Below, one piece after another: positions 10,505 through 19,727 of a DNA stretch of 64,000 nt. The DNA comes from an uncultured Acidobacteriota bacterium. GTDB lineage: Bacteria > Acidobacteriota > UBA6911. The notes below the pieces were generated by a model. It ran no database searches, had not been told where the DNA came from, and saw only the letters and a list, made by a program, of their open reading frames with translations. The position numbers and the translations under genes are program-made. Location: positions 32,001 through 96,000 of the forward strand of contig CAWJKZ010000011.1 of assembly GCA_963843575.1 (NCBI GenBank), given 5' to 3'. The first letter of the stretch is position 1, and the number at the start of each line of letters is the position of its first letter.

Positions 10505-13500
10505 ATGCGTTATGACAGGAACAAGCGCGCCCTTCTCTTCGTCTGCCTGCTGTGTTGCTTCGCCGCCCTGCTCTGGAGCCAGTCGGCCGGGACCAACTCT
10601 AGTTTCTATTTCCCGCGGATAGCCGCCTCGCCGGCCGCCGACGCCGGGATTGCGCTGTTCAACCCGACTTCGACGGATGCCTCCGTGTCGCTGGCTCTGT
10701 CCGCTGCGGATGGACAGGCCATTGGCGCACCGGTCACCGTCGCGGTGCCGCCGATCGGGCAGGTCGCGAGAACCGCGGGCCAGATTTTCGGGACCGCTGC
10801 AATCGCCGACGCCGCGCTTCAGATCAGCAGCTCGACGACAGGGTTGGTCGCCTACTACCAGACGTTCGATGCGCGCGGCACGTTCATGGACGGCACGACC
10901 GCGTCCGAGACCGCCCTGGACCTGATATTTCCCGTGATGCCGCAGTCTGCCGCCGACGGAACGCGGATCGAGCTGGTGAACAGGCAGAGCAGGAACACGA
11001 TCGCCCAGCTTAGCCTCTGGAAGACCGATGGCACGCTCCTCGGGGAGACGTCGGTTCAATTGCTGAAATCGACGAGACGAAGCGAGACTCTGAAAGGCCT
11101 GTTCCCGTCGGTGGACTTTTCATCCGCCTCTCACCTCACGGCGACTTCCCGGTCCGGAAGCATCTTTCTCGAGCCCCAGCCCATTACGGCAACCAGCATT
11201 CTCGCAGGACTGTCTCGATCAGCCGGCTCGGCTGATGTGGTGGCGCTCAACGCGCTCCCGCTGACCCAGACGTTCAATGCCGGGGCGATTCCCTATTTCC
11301 GGGTGGGCATGCGATACTTCTCCACCCTTTCGATCGCCAATGTCGAGTCGGCTGCCGTCGACGTCACCGTGACGGCCATTGGCAACGACGGCTCCTCTTT
11401 GGCGACCCGGAAGGTATCGGTCCCGGGGCACGGCGGGATCCGGCAGGCGCTGGAGAGCTTCCTCAGTCCGCTCGCCGGCGATGCATCCGGATGGCTGCTC
11501 GTCCAGGCTTCGGGCAGAATCACCGCGAACCTCCTCTACGGACGCCACGACGGCGGGGCGGTCTCCGCCGTCCCGATGCAGAAGACGCCCCAGTATCAGT
11601 TCGTGTTTCCGCAGGCAGTGCAGGGTTCGGGCTACTCGACCGAAATCAGCCTTGCCAACCCTGGTCCGTATACGGCTCCTGTGGATCTTCACGTAATTGG
11701 CGGCGATGGGACAACGTTGGCCGGAGCCCAGATCGTTCTGACGCCTGGCAAGAGAATCTCGCAAAATCTGGACCAGTACATGCCGGAGCTGGCGGGGACG
11801 ACCATCCAAGGATTCGTGTCGGTGCGGTCAATCGAGCCGCTCTTCGGCACCGCGTCCATCTGGTCCGATTCCGGGACCGTCCTGTCGAACTTCACACCGC
11901 AGCCGGTACCCGCTTCCTATGTGCCGGCGCCGCTCAAGATCTTCGCGGTAACCGGCGTCGTGACCCTGAACGGACGACCGGCAAACGATTTTCCCGTGGT
12001 GCTGTCGGGGCCAGAAGGCAGGGTGGTTCGGACCGCCGCGGACGGGAGCTACGTCATCGCAGGCCTGCCAGCCGGCCGGTACTCCATGACCGTCGACCAG
12101 TATGGGTTCCAGTTCGTTCCCGCCCAGGTCAATTTCGAGCTCAGCACCGGCAGCCGGCGCCAGAACTTCGAGGGTTTCACCGCCGCCAACGGCCTCGTGG
12201 TCAAGCCCGCCGCAATTCCGGCCGGCAGCCCCGATGTGACGGTGGCGGTTTACGGCAACGGCTTCAACTCGACGTCCGCTGCCTACGTCGGGGTGGCGCG
12301 ACTTGAAACCAGACTAGTCGACGCCACGCAGTTGAGCGCGGTCATTCCCGCCTATCTCGTGGAGACTGCGAAGAAATTCGAGCTCTACGTCGTAACGGAC
12401 GGCACCCGCGTGAGCGATCCGTTCCCAATGGTCGCATTCATCGACAAGCCCGATTTGGGCAGCGTGCTGACCTCACGTGAGATCGTCGAAGGTAGCCCCG
12501 AGGCAACCCTCACACTACAAGGATCGGGCTTCCTCGCCGACGCCGTCGTCAGGATCAACGGCCGCAGCGACGGGATCAGGATATCTTCGCTGAAGAGCGA
12601 CGAAATCGTCGCGGTAGTGCCGGCCGGATATTTCGAAACCGGGGGCATCTTCCCGGTGACGGTGGCGAACCCGTACCCGGCCAACGTCGAGTCGAACATC
12701 CAGCTGCTCACGGTCTATTTCCCGAGACCAGCGATCGAGTCGATCTCCCCCGCGGTGGTCCCGGAAAGGCTCGAAGACAGCGCCGGGCCGCTGAGCCTTG
12801 ACGTGCACGGCTACGGTTTCAGGCGCGGGGCCGTCGTCCTGGTTGACGACAAGCGGGTGGCGACGTACTCGTGCGAGGCGACGCGTTCCTGCTTCGCGGA
12901 TCACCTCGTCGCGACTATCGACGCAAGCCTGCTGCGCGCGTCCGGTTTCAAGAAGATCTCGGTGCTCAACCCGGATCCCTCCATTGCGCCGTCCCAGATC
13001 GCCATGCTTCGGGTCGAAAGCCTGCAGCCCACGATCACTTCGGTGTCGCCGGGGAGCGCCACCGTGCTCGGGCTGCCTCCTACCGTGATCGAGGAAGATG
13101 GGGAGGTCATCAAAATCTGGTACACGCTACCGGTCGTGATTTTCGGAACGAATTTCGACCCGAAAGCCGAGGTCCGCGCGGTTCGAGTCACCCCGCCGTC
13201 AGCCGAGGTGTCGGATTTTCAGAGTGCGCAGGTGATCAGCAGCACCCAGCTGGTCCTCCAGTTCAAGGTCACTTACCCCGACTCGGTCGGTCAATGGCAG
13301 GTACAGGTGAAAAACCCCCAACCCGGCGGAGGAATATCGGAACCGGCGTATTTCCTGATCACCGAAGGGTCGTTCGTCGCCAACCCGTTCCTCATTTCCG
13401 TGGTGCCCGACGCTGTTTCGGCGGGAGGCCCGGGGTTCACCCTGACGGTGAACGGTACGAATTTCCAATCGGGATCCCAGATCAACTGGTTCTCGACGCC

Positions 13501-13645
13501 GCTGGCGACGACGTTCGTCAGCGCGAATCAGCTCAGGGCGGAAGTGGCCGCCCCGCTTATCAAGACGCCCGGCAAGCGCCCGGTGACCGTGATTAACCCC
13601 GACAATGGAGGGACATCGAACGCTCTGTTTGTTCGAGTCGAATAG
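10505..13645 (+). CDS. Large secreted protein: four-repeat cassette + carboxypeptidase-regulatory-like domain + several IPT/TIG Ig-like domains
   Basis: Signal peptide after ATG 10505; GSYVIAGLPAGRYSMTV; repeated P.I.S.SP / G.NF / V.V.NP IPT patterns. Confidence 0.75.
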   Translation: MRYDRNKRALLFVCLLCCFAALLWSQSAGTNSSFYFPRIAASPAADAGIALFNPTSTDASVSLALSAADGQAIGAPVTVAVPPIGQVARTAGQIFGTAAIADAALQISSSTTGLVAYYQTFDARGTFMDGTTASETALDLIFPVMPQSAADGTRIELVNRQSRNTIAQLSLWKTDGTLLGETSVQLLKSTRRSETLKGLFPSVDFSSASHLTATSRSGSIFLEPQPITATSILAGLSRSAGSADVVALNALPLTQTFNAGAIPYFRVGMRYFSTLSIANVESAAVDVTVTAIGNDGSSLATRKVSVPGHGGIRQALESFLSPLAGDASGWLLVQASGRITANLLYGRHDGGAVSAVPMQKTPQYQFVFPQAVQGSGYSTEISLANPGPYTAPVDLHVIGGDGTTLAGAQIVLTPGKRISQNLDQYMPELAGTTIQGFVSVRSIEPLFGTASIWSDSGTVLSNFTPQPVPASYVPAPLKIFAVTGVVTLNGRPANDFPVVLSGPEGRVVRTAADGSYVIAGLPAGRYSMTVDQYGFQFVPAQVNFELSTGSRRQNFEGFTAANGLVVKPAAIPAGSPDVTVAVYGNGFNSTSAAYVGVARLETRLVDATQLSAVIPAYLVETAKKFELYVVTDGTRVSDPFPMVAFIDKPDLGSVLTSREIVEGSPEATLTLQGSGFLADAVVRINGRSDGIRISSLKSDEIVAVVPAGYFETGGIFPVTVANPYPANVESNIQLLTVYFPRPAIESISPAVVPERLEDSAGPLSLDVHGYGFRRGAVVLVDDKRVATYSCEATRSCFADHLVATIDASLLRASGFKKISVLNPDPSIAPSQIAMLRVESLQPTITSVSPGSATVLGLPPTVIEEDGEVIKIWYTLPVVIFGTNFDPKAEVRAVRVTPPSAEVSDFQSAQVISSTQLVLQFKVTYPDSVGQWQVQVKNPQPGGGISEPAYFLITEGSFVANPFLISVVPDAVSAGGPGFTLTVNGTNFQSGSQINWFSTPLATTFVSANQLRAEVAAPLIKTPGKRPVTVINPDNGGTSNALFVRVE

Positions 13646-13754
13646 GGCGCTATCGGAACCTCGGCGCGGCCGAGGCCGCAGCCAAATCGAAGAAAGAGTG
13701 CCGGCCGCATTACAGATTGCGCCGCGTGAGGGTGCCGGGACTCCTGCGGTGAAG

Positions 13755-13805
13755 GGCGGCGCCGAGGCGCCGCCAGGGAAAGCGGCGTCGAGCCGCCGCA
13801 CTCCA
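13755..13805. repeat. REP family A copy (TGGAGTGCGGCG..CGCCGCTTT type)
   Basis: GGCGGCGCCGAGGCGCCGCC plus AAAGCGGCGTCGAGCCGCCGCACTCCA. Confidence 0.85.
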
Positions 13806-13842
13806 GAGTTTTTGTGGCGGGAATAACAGAGGTAATCGCTGC

Positions 13843-14121
13843 ATGGACCCGATCGACCTATTGTTCATTTCAGTGGTCGCCCTGGTCGCTGGGACCGTGG
13901 GCCAACTGACCAGCAAGTATTCACGTGGGGGATGGCCGGTCAATCTCGGGGTCGCGTTCGCCGGCGCGGTGCTCGGCGTCTACGTTTCGCGAACTTACAG
14001 GTTCAACGAGATCTACACCATCACATATCGAAAAGTCGAATTCCCGGTCATCTGGGCGCTGGTCGGCGCCGTCCTGTTTGTAGCAGGGGTAAGCTTGTTG
14101 GTAAGGCCGGGCCGGCGTTGA
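13843..14121 (+). CDS. GlsB/YeaQ/YmgE-like (transglycosylase-associated) membrane protein
   Basis: 92 aa, three hydrophobic segments, GG..NLGVAFAGAVLG and WALVGAVLFV patterns. Confidence 0.65.
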   Translation: MDPIDLLFISVVALVAGTVGQLTSKYSRGGWPVNLGVAFAGAVLGVYVSRTYRFNEIYTITYRKVEFPVIWALVGAVLFVAGVSLLVRPGRR

Positions 14122-14168
14122 AGGCGACGAGCCGAAATCCCACTAAGATTGCAGTGTGAGGTTGTGCC

Positions 14169-15452
14169 GTGACAGAGGAACCCATAGTCGAAAAACAGCC
14201 CGTCCGCATGTTTGACCCGGACACGGAGTCTCCGGTCATGCCGGAGACAGTAAGCGAAACAGGTCTCGGCTTCAGCTTTCTCGCCGATCTGGCCCTGAAG
14301 GCCGTCTATTCCGATACCAACTGCACGTCGGACCGGGTAGCCGAGAAGCTCAAGCTTCCGATGGGCATCGCCGAGACCCTGCTCCAGCACCTCTACCGGG
14401 AGAAGTACATCGACATACGGGAGCGGTCGACGCTTCAAATCAACCGCTACGCAATGCTGGACCGCGGTTGGGAACGCGCGCGGCAGCTTCTGTCGCTGTC
14501 GGGCTACATCGGGCCGGCCCCCGTGTCCCTGGACGCGTACACCGCTGCGGTCCGCTGGATGGAGGACAAGAGGAAGCTGGCCAACCACGAGGTTGTAGTC
14601 CAGGCTCTCTCTGACCTCGTGCTTCCTGAAAGGACGGTCGACACCCTGGGATTGATCGTCGATTCACGGCGCAGCCTTTTTCTCACGGGCCCTGCCGGAT
14701 CGGGGAAGACCTCGGTGGCTATGGCGCTGCACAACGCGCAGGAGGGGGAGGTCTGGGTCCCCTACGCCATCGAGGTGGACGGCCAGATAATCCGGGTTTT
14801 CGACCTGCACAATCACGAGCCCGTCGCCCAACCGACGCATCGATACGATAGACGCTGGATGAGAATCAAACGCCCGCTAGTCGTTGTCGGGGGCGAGTTA
14901 ACCATCGAGTCGATGGACCTGATCTACAGCGACACCGTGCGATTTTACGAGGCGCCCTTTCAGGTGAAGGCTAACGGCGGGGTGCTGATCATCGACGACT
15001 TCGGGCGGCAGCGGGTCGATCCCCACGATCTCCTCAACCGGTGGATCACCCCGCTGGAAAACCGCGTGGACTACCTCACGCTCCACACGGGCAAGAAGAT
15101 CGAAGTGCCTTTCGAGCAGTTGCTCGTGTTCGCGACCAACCTTAACCCAAGAGACCTGGTCGATGAAGCCTTCCTCCGCCGTATGGGATATCGCCTTACG
15201 TTCACGACGCCCGGTGTCGAGACCTACTCCATGATCCTCCAGCGGTACATCGCAAAAAAGGGGCTGAACTATTATCCCGAACTGCTCGATCTGCTCCTGG
15301 AGCGGTACAAGCGCGAGGACCGGGAGATGAAGTCGTGCGACCCACGCGACTTGGTCGAGCGCTGTCTCGACATCCTGCGCTACCAGAAACTCCCCCCCCT
15401 CCTCACCAACGACCTCATGGAGCGCGCCTGGTCCAACTATTTCGGTATATAG
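14169..15452 (+). CDS. Uncharacterised AAA+ ATPase
   Basis: GPAGSGKT Walker A, KANGGVLIIDDFGRQ Walker B, FATNL sensor 1, DEAFLRR arginine finger. Confidence 0.85.
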   Translation: MTEEPIVEKQPVRMFDPDTESPVMPETVSETGLGFSFLADLALKAVYSDTNCTSDRVAEKLKLPMGIAETLLQHLYREKYIDIRERSTLQINRYAMLDRGWERARQLLSLSGYIGPAPVSLDAYTAAVRWMEDKRKLANHEVVVQALSDLVLPERTVDTLGLIVDSRRSLFLTGPAGSGKTSVAMALHNAQEGEVWVPYAIEVDGQIIRVFDLHNHEPVAQPTHRYDRRWMRIKRPLVVVGGELTIESMDLIYSDTVRFYEAPFQVKANGGVLIIDDFGRQRVDPHDLLNRWITPLENRVDYLTLHTGKKIEVPFEQLLVFATNLNPRDLVDEAFLRRMGYRLTFTTPGVETYSMILQRYIAKKGLNYYPELLDLLLERYKREDREMKSCDPRDLVERCLDILRYQKLPPLLTNDLMERAWSNYFGI

Positions 15453-15454
15453 TA

Positions 15455-15542
15455 TGGAGTGCGGCGCCTGGGCGCCGCTGTTCTCGTCTTGTGCGGTATG
15501 GGCAGCATGAGCCCAAGTGCGGCGCCTCGGCGCCGCACTCCA
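15455..15542. repeat. REP family A inverted doublet
   Basis: TGGAGTGCGGCGCCTGGGCGCCGCT ... AGTGCGGCGCCTCGGCGCCGCACTCCA. Confidence 0.85.
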
Positions 15543-15564
15543 GATGGTGAAGCTACTCTCCGGT

Positions 15565-17317
15565 ATGCGGTTTGAAATGCCCGCAGGATTCAAGCACCCG
15601 CTCCCGCTCATTCTCCTCCTTATCGCGATCTTCATCCCACCTCTCTGTGCCCAACCCAGTCGCCCGCTCTACCGGATCGATGCCGCCATCGACTACGACC
15701 TCCTGACCCTGAAAGCCTCTGCCGAGATTACCGTTCCCGTCGGTTCGGGCGAGACGATCGGCGATGTTGTTTTCTTCCTCTATGCCAATTCAACCGGCAT
15801 CGTCGACGACGCGCGCAGGAAGTACCTCGCGGTCGACGGCGTGAAACTTGGCCCGGACGCACAATCCTTCAAGCTGCAGGGGGCAATCCTGCGGGTCCAA
15901 CTGACCGCGCCTCAGAACCATCCCTTTACCCTGAAAGTCGACTACCACGGGATTGTGCCGCGCTCCAGCGGCGCCGGCTCCGGGCAGATGCTCGGGGGAC
16001 TCGGAGGTCTGCTGGGCAGCGCGGCTGGCAAGTCTGTACCTGCCAATAACGATTTTGGGCTCTACTCCTACAGCGACGGGATTCTGAGCCTTGGATCCTT
16101 CTGGTACCCGCAGCTGGCGGTGCGACAGAACGGCAAGTGGGTTGATGAAGAACCTCGAGGGCTCGGCGATGTGACCTACGCCGAGGCGAGCGATTTCGAC
16201 GTCAGCCTGATAGTCCCGGCAGATGTCAAGGTCATCAGTTCGGGGACCCCATCGGGTACGAGTGGTCGGTACACTGCGTCGAATGTCCGCGATTTTGCCG
16301 TGCTCATGAGCGAAGATTACACCTGCAAGTCCAAAACAGCCGACGTCTCCGGCAGGAACATTACGGTCGAGTCATGTGCCACCCACAAGAACGCGGCGCG
16401 GCTCGAAACCACTCTCGACGTCGCCGGCCAGGCGTTACGGATCTACTCGAATCGTTTTGGCCCCTACCCGTACGAGCAGTTTCAAAGTTGTCGAAGGGAC
16501 GATCCGCGGCGGGGCGGGCGGTATGGAGTTCTCAGGAATGACGGCGGTCGCCCCCATGCTCTACGCCGACTGGAACTCGCAAATGCGCGAGATGTCCGGA
16601 CTGCTGGGGGGACTCGGTGGGCTGGACCAATTGCAGGGCGCGCTGAATCCGCCGCGGGCTACCGGGAATGACGCGAAACAACCGCCCTCGACAGCGACAA
16701 ACGGGCTGAACGAGATCCTCGGCGCATTCCTGGGCCAGCAAAACATGCTTCAGTCCGTGCTCGAGATGACCATAGCGCACGAAGTTGCCCACCAGTGGTG
16801 GGCGATCGCGGTGGGAAGCGACAGCATTCGGGAACCCTTCGTCGATGAAAGCCTGGCAAACTACTCGGCGGTGCTCTACTTCGAGGATCGCTACGGAAGG
16901 GAAGCCGCCGAGAAGATAATCAACATGCACCTGAAGACGCCGTACTCGATGGCGCGCATGCTGGGTCTGCCGGATGCGCCCGCGAATCTACCCACGTCTG
17001 CCTACATTAGCAGCCTTCAGTACAGTGCTGCCGTGTACGGGAAAGGTGCACTCTACTACGACGAATTGAGGCGGGCGGTCGGAGACGGGGTGTTCTTCGC
17101 CGCGTTGCGGCAGTATTACAGTAAGTACCACGGCGGTCTTGCGCATGCGCGCAGCCTTGGCGATCTTATCAGCGCGAAGGCGCCCAAGATGGGAGTCGAG
17201 GCTCTGTACCGGCATTGGATTGAGGAAACGCACGGGGATCAGGACATCGCCGGAGTGGGAATTATGGGAATACAGGAAGTGCTTCGGGAATTATTCGAGA
17301 GGTTGGGCAAACAATAA
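15565..17317 (+). CDS. M1-family (gluzincin) metallopeptidase, split by a frameshift near 16480
   Basis: Signal peptide; FGPYPY then GGMEF and HEVAHQWW..ESLANYS in the next frame; removing one T in CAGTTTCAAA joins the two ORFs. Confidence 0.85.
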
Positions 17318-17380
17318 AGAACCTGCCACGGACGCAAGACTACTCTCGATCGCGCGCTTTTCCGAGCGGCCGGAATGCAC

Positions 17381-18712
17381 ATGCACGGACTGAGTCTCCC
17401 CGAATTTGCATTCGTGACCGGAGTGAGTGCAGCATTCGGTATCACACTTTGGCACCTTTTGATAAGGCGGGCGGGCAAAGGAGGGTGCGCGGAGCGCTAC
17501 CTCGTGAAGTTCGCATTGATAGGCGGTCTGCTTCTGCGCGTCGCAATCGTTCTGCTCATGCCCCCCTTTCAAGCACCTGACGAGCGATCTCACTACAACT
17601 ACATTAAGTACGTAGCACAAACTCATTCGCTGCCTGTGCAGACGAGCATAACCGGAGCATCCACCCACGATTGGGAGAACTACCAGCCACCACTTTATTA
17701 TATACTCATGGCGATCGTCTATCGTATTGCAGAACATGCGACTTCCGGCGATCCTGACTTGCTGAGAGTATTACGGGTTGGCTCGATATTTCTCTGGCTG
17801 ATTAATCTGGTAATTGTATGCCAGTTTCTGAAGGTGCTAAACCTCAATGACGCCGGCACAAAGGTGAGCGCGATAGGGCTGGTGGCATTTTTGCCCACGT
17901 ACACCTTCAGTTCAGCTGCTGTCAACAACGATAACCTCCTTGTACCTCTGGCAAGCGGTGTTCTGTGTTTAGGGGCTCGGAAGCACCGCTCTGTCCGGGC
18001 CGATGCTGCAATCGGTTTGCTTCTCGGTTTGGCAATGTTGACGAAGCTGACTGCGGTGGTATGCGTTGCGTTTCTGACCGCAGTCTATCTGTATGATGCT
18101 GCGATGGGACGCGGATGGAGGCTTCAGGTGGGTCGCCTGGCACTCATCGTTGTGATTGCCGGTATATTGTACTTACCAATTGCTGTGCGTAACGAGCGGT
18201 TGTACGCAAGTTTAACTGGTATTGAGATGGCCAATATTAGATCTCAGTGGCCGTCGGGTGTTGCCGCGATCGTATCGACGCTTGTATACATGCAATCCAC
18301 ATTCTGGGCGGTGTCCGGGGAGGCGAATCAGGTCTGCGCATCTTTCCCCGTTGGATTGGTCATTCTGCTTCTTTCAGCAATTGGCATTTGGCGTGCTGTC
18401 GCAAACAGAAGCTCTTTGCTTTGGCGCCTCGGTGAAGAGCAGGGTTCTGCGTTGGCGGGGATGGTGGCGGGAGTATTGACAAACTTCGTATTGGTGCTGC
18501 GATTTGGCATCATGTACGGTCAAGGGCAGGGCCGATTTTTGTTTCCGATGCTCGGCCCGATCGCGGTGATGGTCGCGATCGCCATTCGCTCTATCTGGGA
18601 TCAGCATCCGGAGAAACTGAGCATTCTGAGCCTGGTTTTCGCATCAAGCTATGCCGTGATGTTCGCTGCGTATAGCCTAACGACCTTTGCTCACGGTACG
18701 CTCGTCCCGTAG
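17381..18712 (+). CDS. Polytopic GT-C-type glycosyltransferase (ArnT/PMT/DUF2142-like)
   Basis: PPFQAPDERSH, YQPPLYY, NNDNL, LAMLTK, QGRFLFP motifs; many TM helices. Confidence 0.78.
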   Translation: MHGLSLPEFAFVTGVSAAFGITLWHLLIRRAGKGGCAERYLVKFALIGGLLLRVAIVLLMPPFQAPDERSHYNYIKYVAQTHSLPVQTSITGASTHDWENYQPPLYYILMAIVYRIAEHATSGDPDLLRVLRVGSIFLWLINLVIVCQFLKVLNLNDAGTKVSAIGLVAFLPTYTFSSAAVNNDNLLVPLASGVLCLGARKHRSVRADAAIGLLLGLAMLTKLTAVVCVAFLTAVYLYDAAMGRGWRLQVGRLALIVVIAGILYLPIAVRNERLYASLTGIEMANIRSQWPSGVAAIVSTLVYMQSTFWAVSGEANQVCASFPVGLVILLLSAIGIWRAVANRSSLLWRLGEEQGSALAGMVAGVLTNFVLVLRFGIMYGQGQGRFLFPMLGPIAVMVAIAIRSIWDQHPEKLSILSLVFASSYAVMFAAYSLTTFAHGTLVP

Positions 18713-18981
18713 GCTGGATGGGAGGGCGCACTGCCTCGGTGGCGATTGACACTGCCCGGGCCAAGGTCGGGCGCATCTCCATTAACCTCCAAGGCTTCGA
18801 GAAGTCGCTGAATCTCGTGCAGGAGATCCTGCGGACCCCGTCTCCAGGTTTGTGAGCCGCTCGGTGGGGTCGCCGCAGCGCAGCGTCGAGCGGCTCAATG
18901 GCACAGTGTTGCGTGATAACCTCTTGAGAGGGCCAGAGGGCTACGAGCTACTGCTTCCGCAGACCGCAGCCGGGAACGGGC

Positions 18982-19290
18982 TCAAAGGTCGGACGTATTA
19001 TTTTTCTGGACGCTGCGGATTTTGTCCTCCATGGTTTGGGGGCGGTCGGTGCGGGTGCCAAAGCGCAAGGTCGAGCTGATGCGCGGCACCCCCATCGCGT
19101 GCAGGATCTCGTGGCAGCGCTTGATGGCGGCCATGACGTCGTCCCATTCGCCCTCGATGTTGGTGCCGTAGGCGTGCAGCTGCGTCTTCAGGCCCGCGGC
19201 CGACAGGACTTTCTCGCACTCGGCGATGTATCTGCCGAGGCTGACGCCGACGCCCAGCGGGACTACGCACAGATCGGCGATTACTTTCAT
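18982..19290 (-). CDS. MTH1187/YkoF family thiamine-binding protein
   Basis: VVPLG..SLGRYIAE, LHAYGTNIEGEWD and RTDR..TMEDK motifs. Confidence 0.9.
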   Translation of the reverse strand: MKVIADLCVVPLGVGVSLGRYIAECEKVLSAAGLKTQLHAYGTNIEGEWDDVMAAIKRCHEILHAMGVPRISSTLRFGTRTDRPQTMEDKIRSVQKNNTSDL

Positions 19291-19303
19291 CGAATTCCCC
19301 TCG

Positions 19304-19510
19304 TCATGGTTTGTCCTGTACGACCGCTTTGTTGCCGATCATCAATGGTGTCGACGACGAGGTCAGGATGCAGTTGGTAACCGTGACGTTTGCGACCGGC
19401 TTCGCGGCGGCACCCCGGCGCGCGATTGTCTTGAGGACGATCGAGTCGTCTCCCGTGACGATGATGCAATCGGAAATCACCACGTTGCTCGAGGAGACCA
19501 CGTCGATGCC
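19304..19510 (-). pseudogene. Remnant of a GH28/pectin-lyase-fold glycoside hydrolase
   Basis: GIDVVSSSNVVISDCIIVTGDDSIVLK..NVTVTNC resembles the GH28 catalytic region; no credible start and no continuation. Confidence 0.6.
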
Positions 19511-19626
19511 CGATCATGTGGGCCGACATATGCACCATCTTCTACCGGGAGTGAACCGTTTATCAAGCTGCAAGAAGGAACGCCTATAATGGCAGCTGCA
19601 ATGGGTGTTTCCTACAGGTAGTCCCC

Positions 19627-19716
19627 CAAGTGGGTCCGGGCTTCAGCCCGGACGTCGTTTGGGGTTGCTATACGGTGCATTTAAAAGGCGTCCGGGCTGA
19701 AGCCCGGACCCACTTG
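19627..19716. repeat. REP family B inverted doublet (GTGGGTCCGGGCTTCAGCCCGGAC)
   Basis: CAAGTGGGTCCGGGCTTCAGCCCGGACG and its reverse complement about 30 nt apart. Confidence 0.9.
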
Positions 19717-19727
19717 AGGGTGGAGAT

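Noticed and set aside
16480-16495. Programmed ribosomal frameshift in the M1 peptidase
   Set aside because: No canonical slippery heptamer, and similar indels occur throughout the window.
18713-18975. Possible gene remnant after the GT-C gene
   Set aside because: Short coding-like stretch with no start or recognisable motif.
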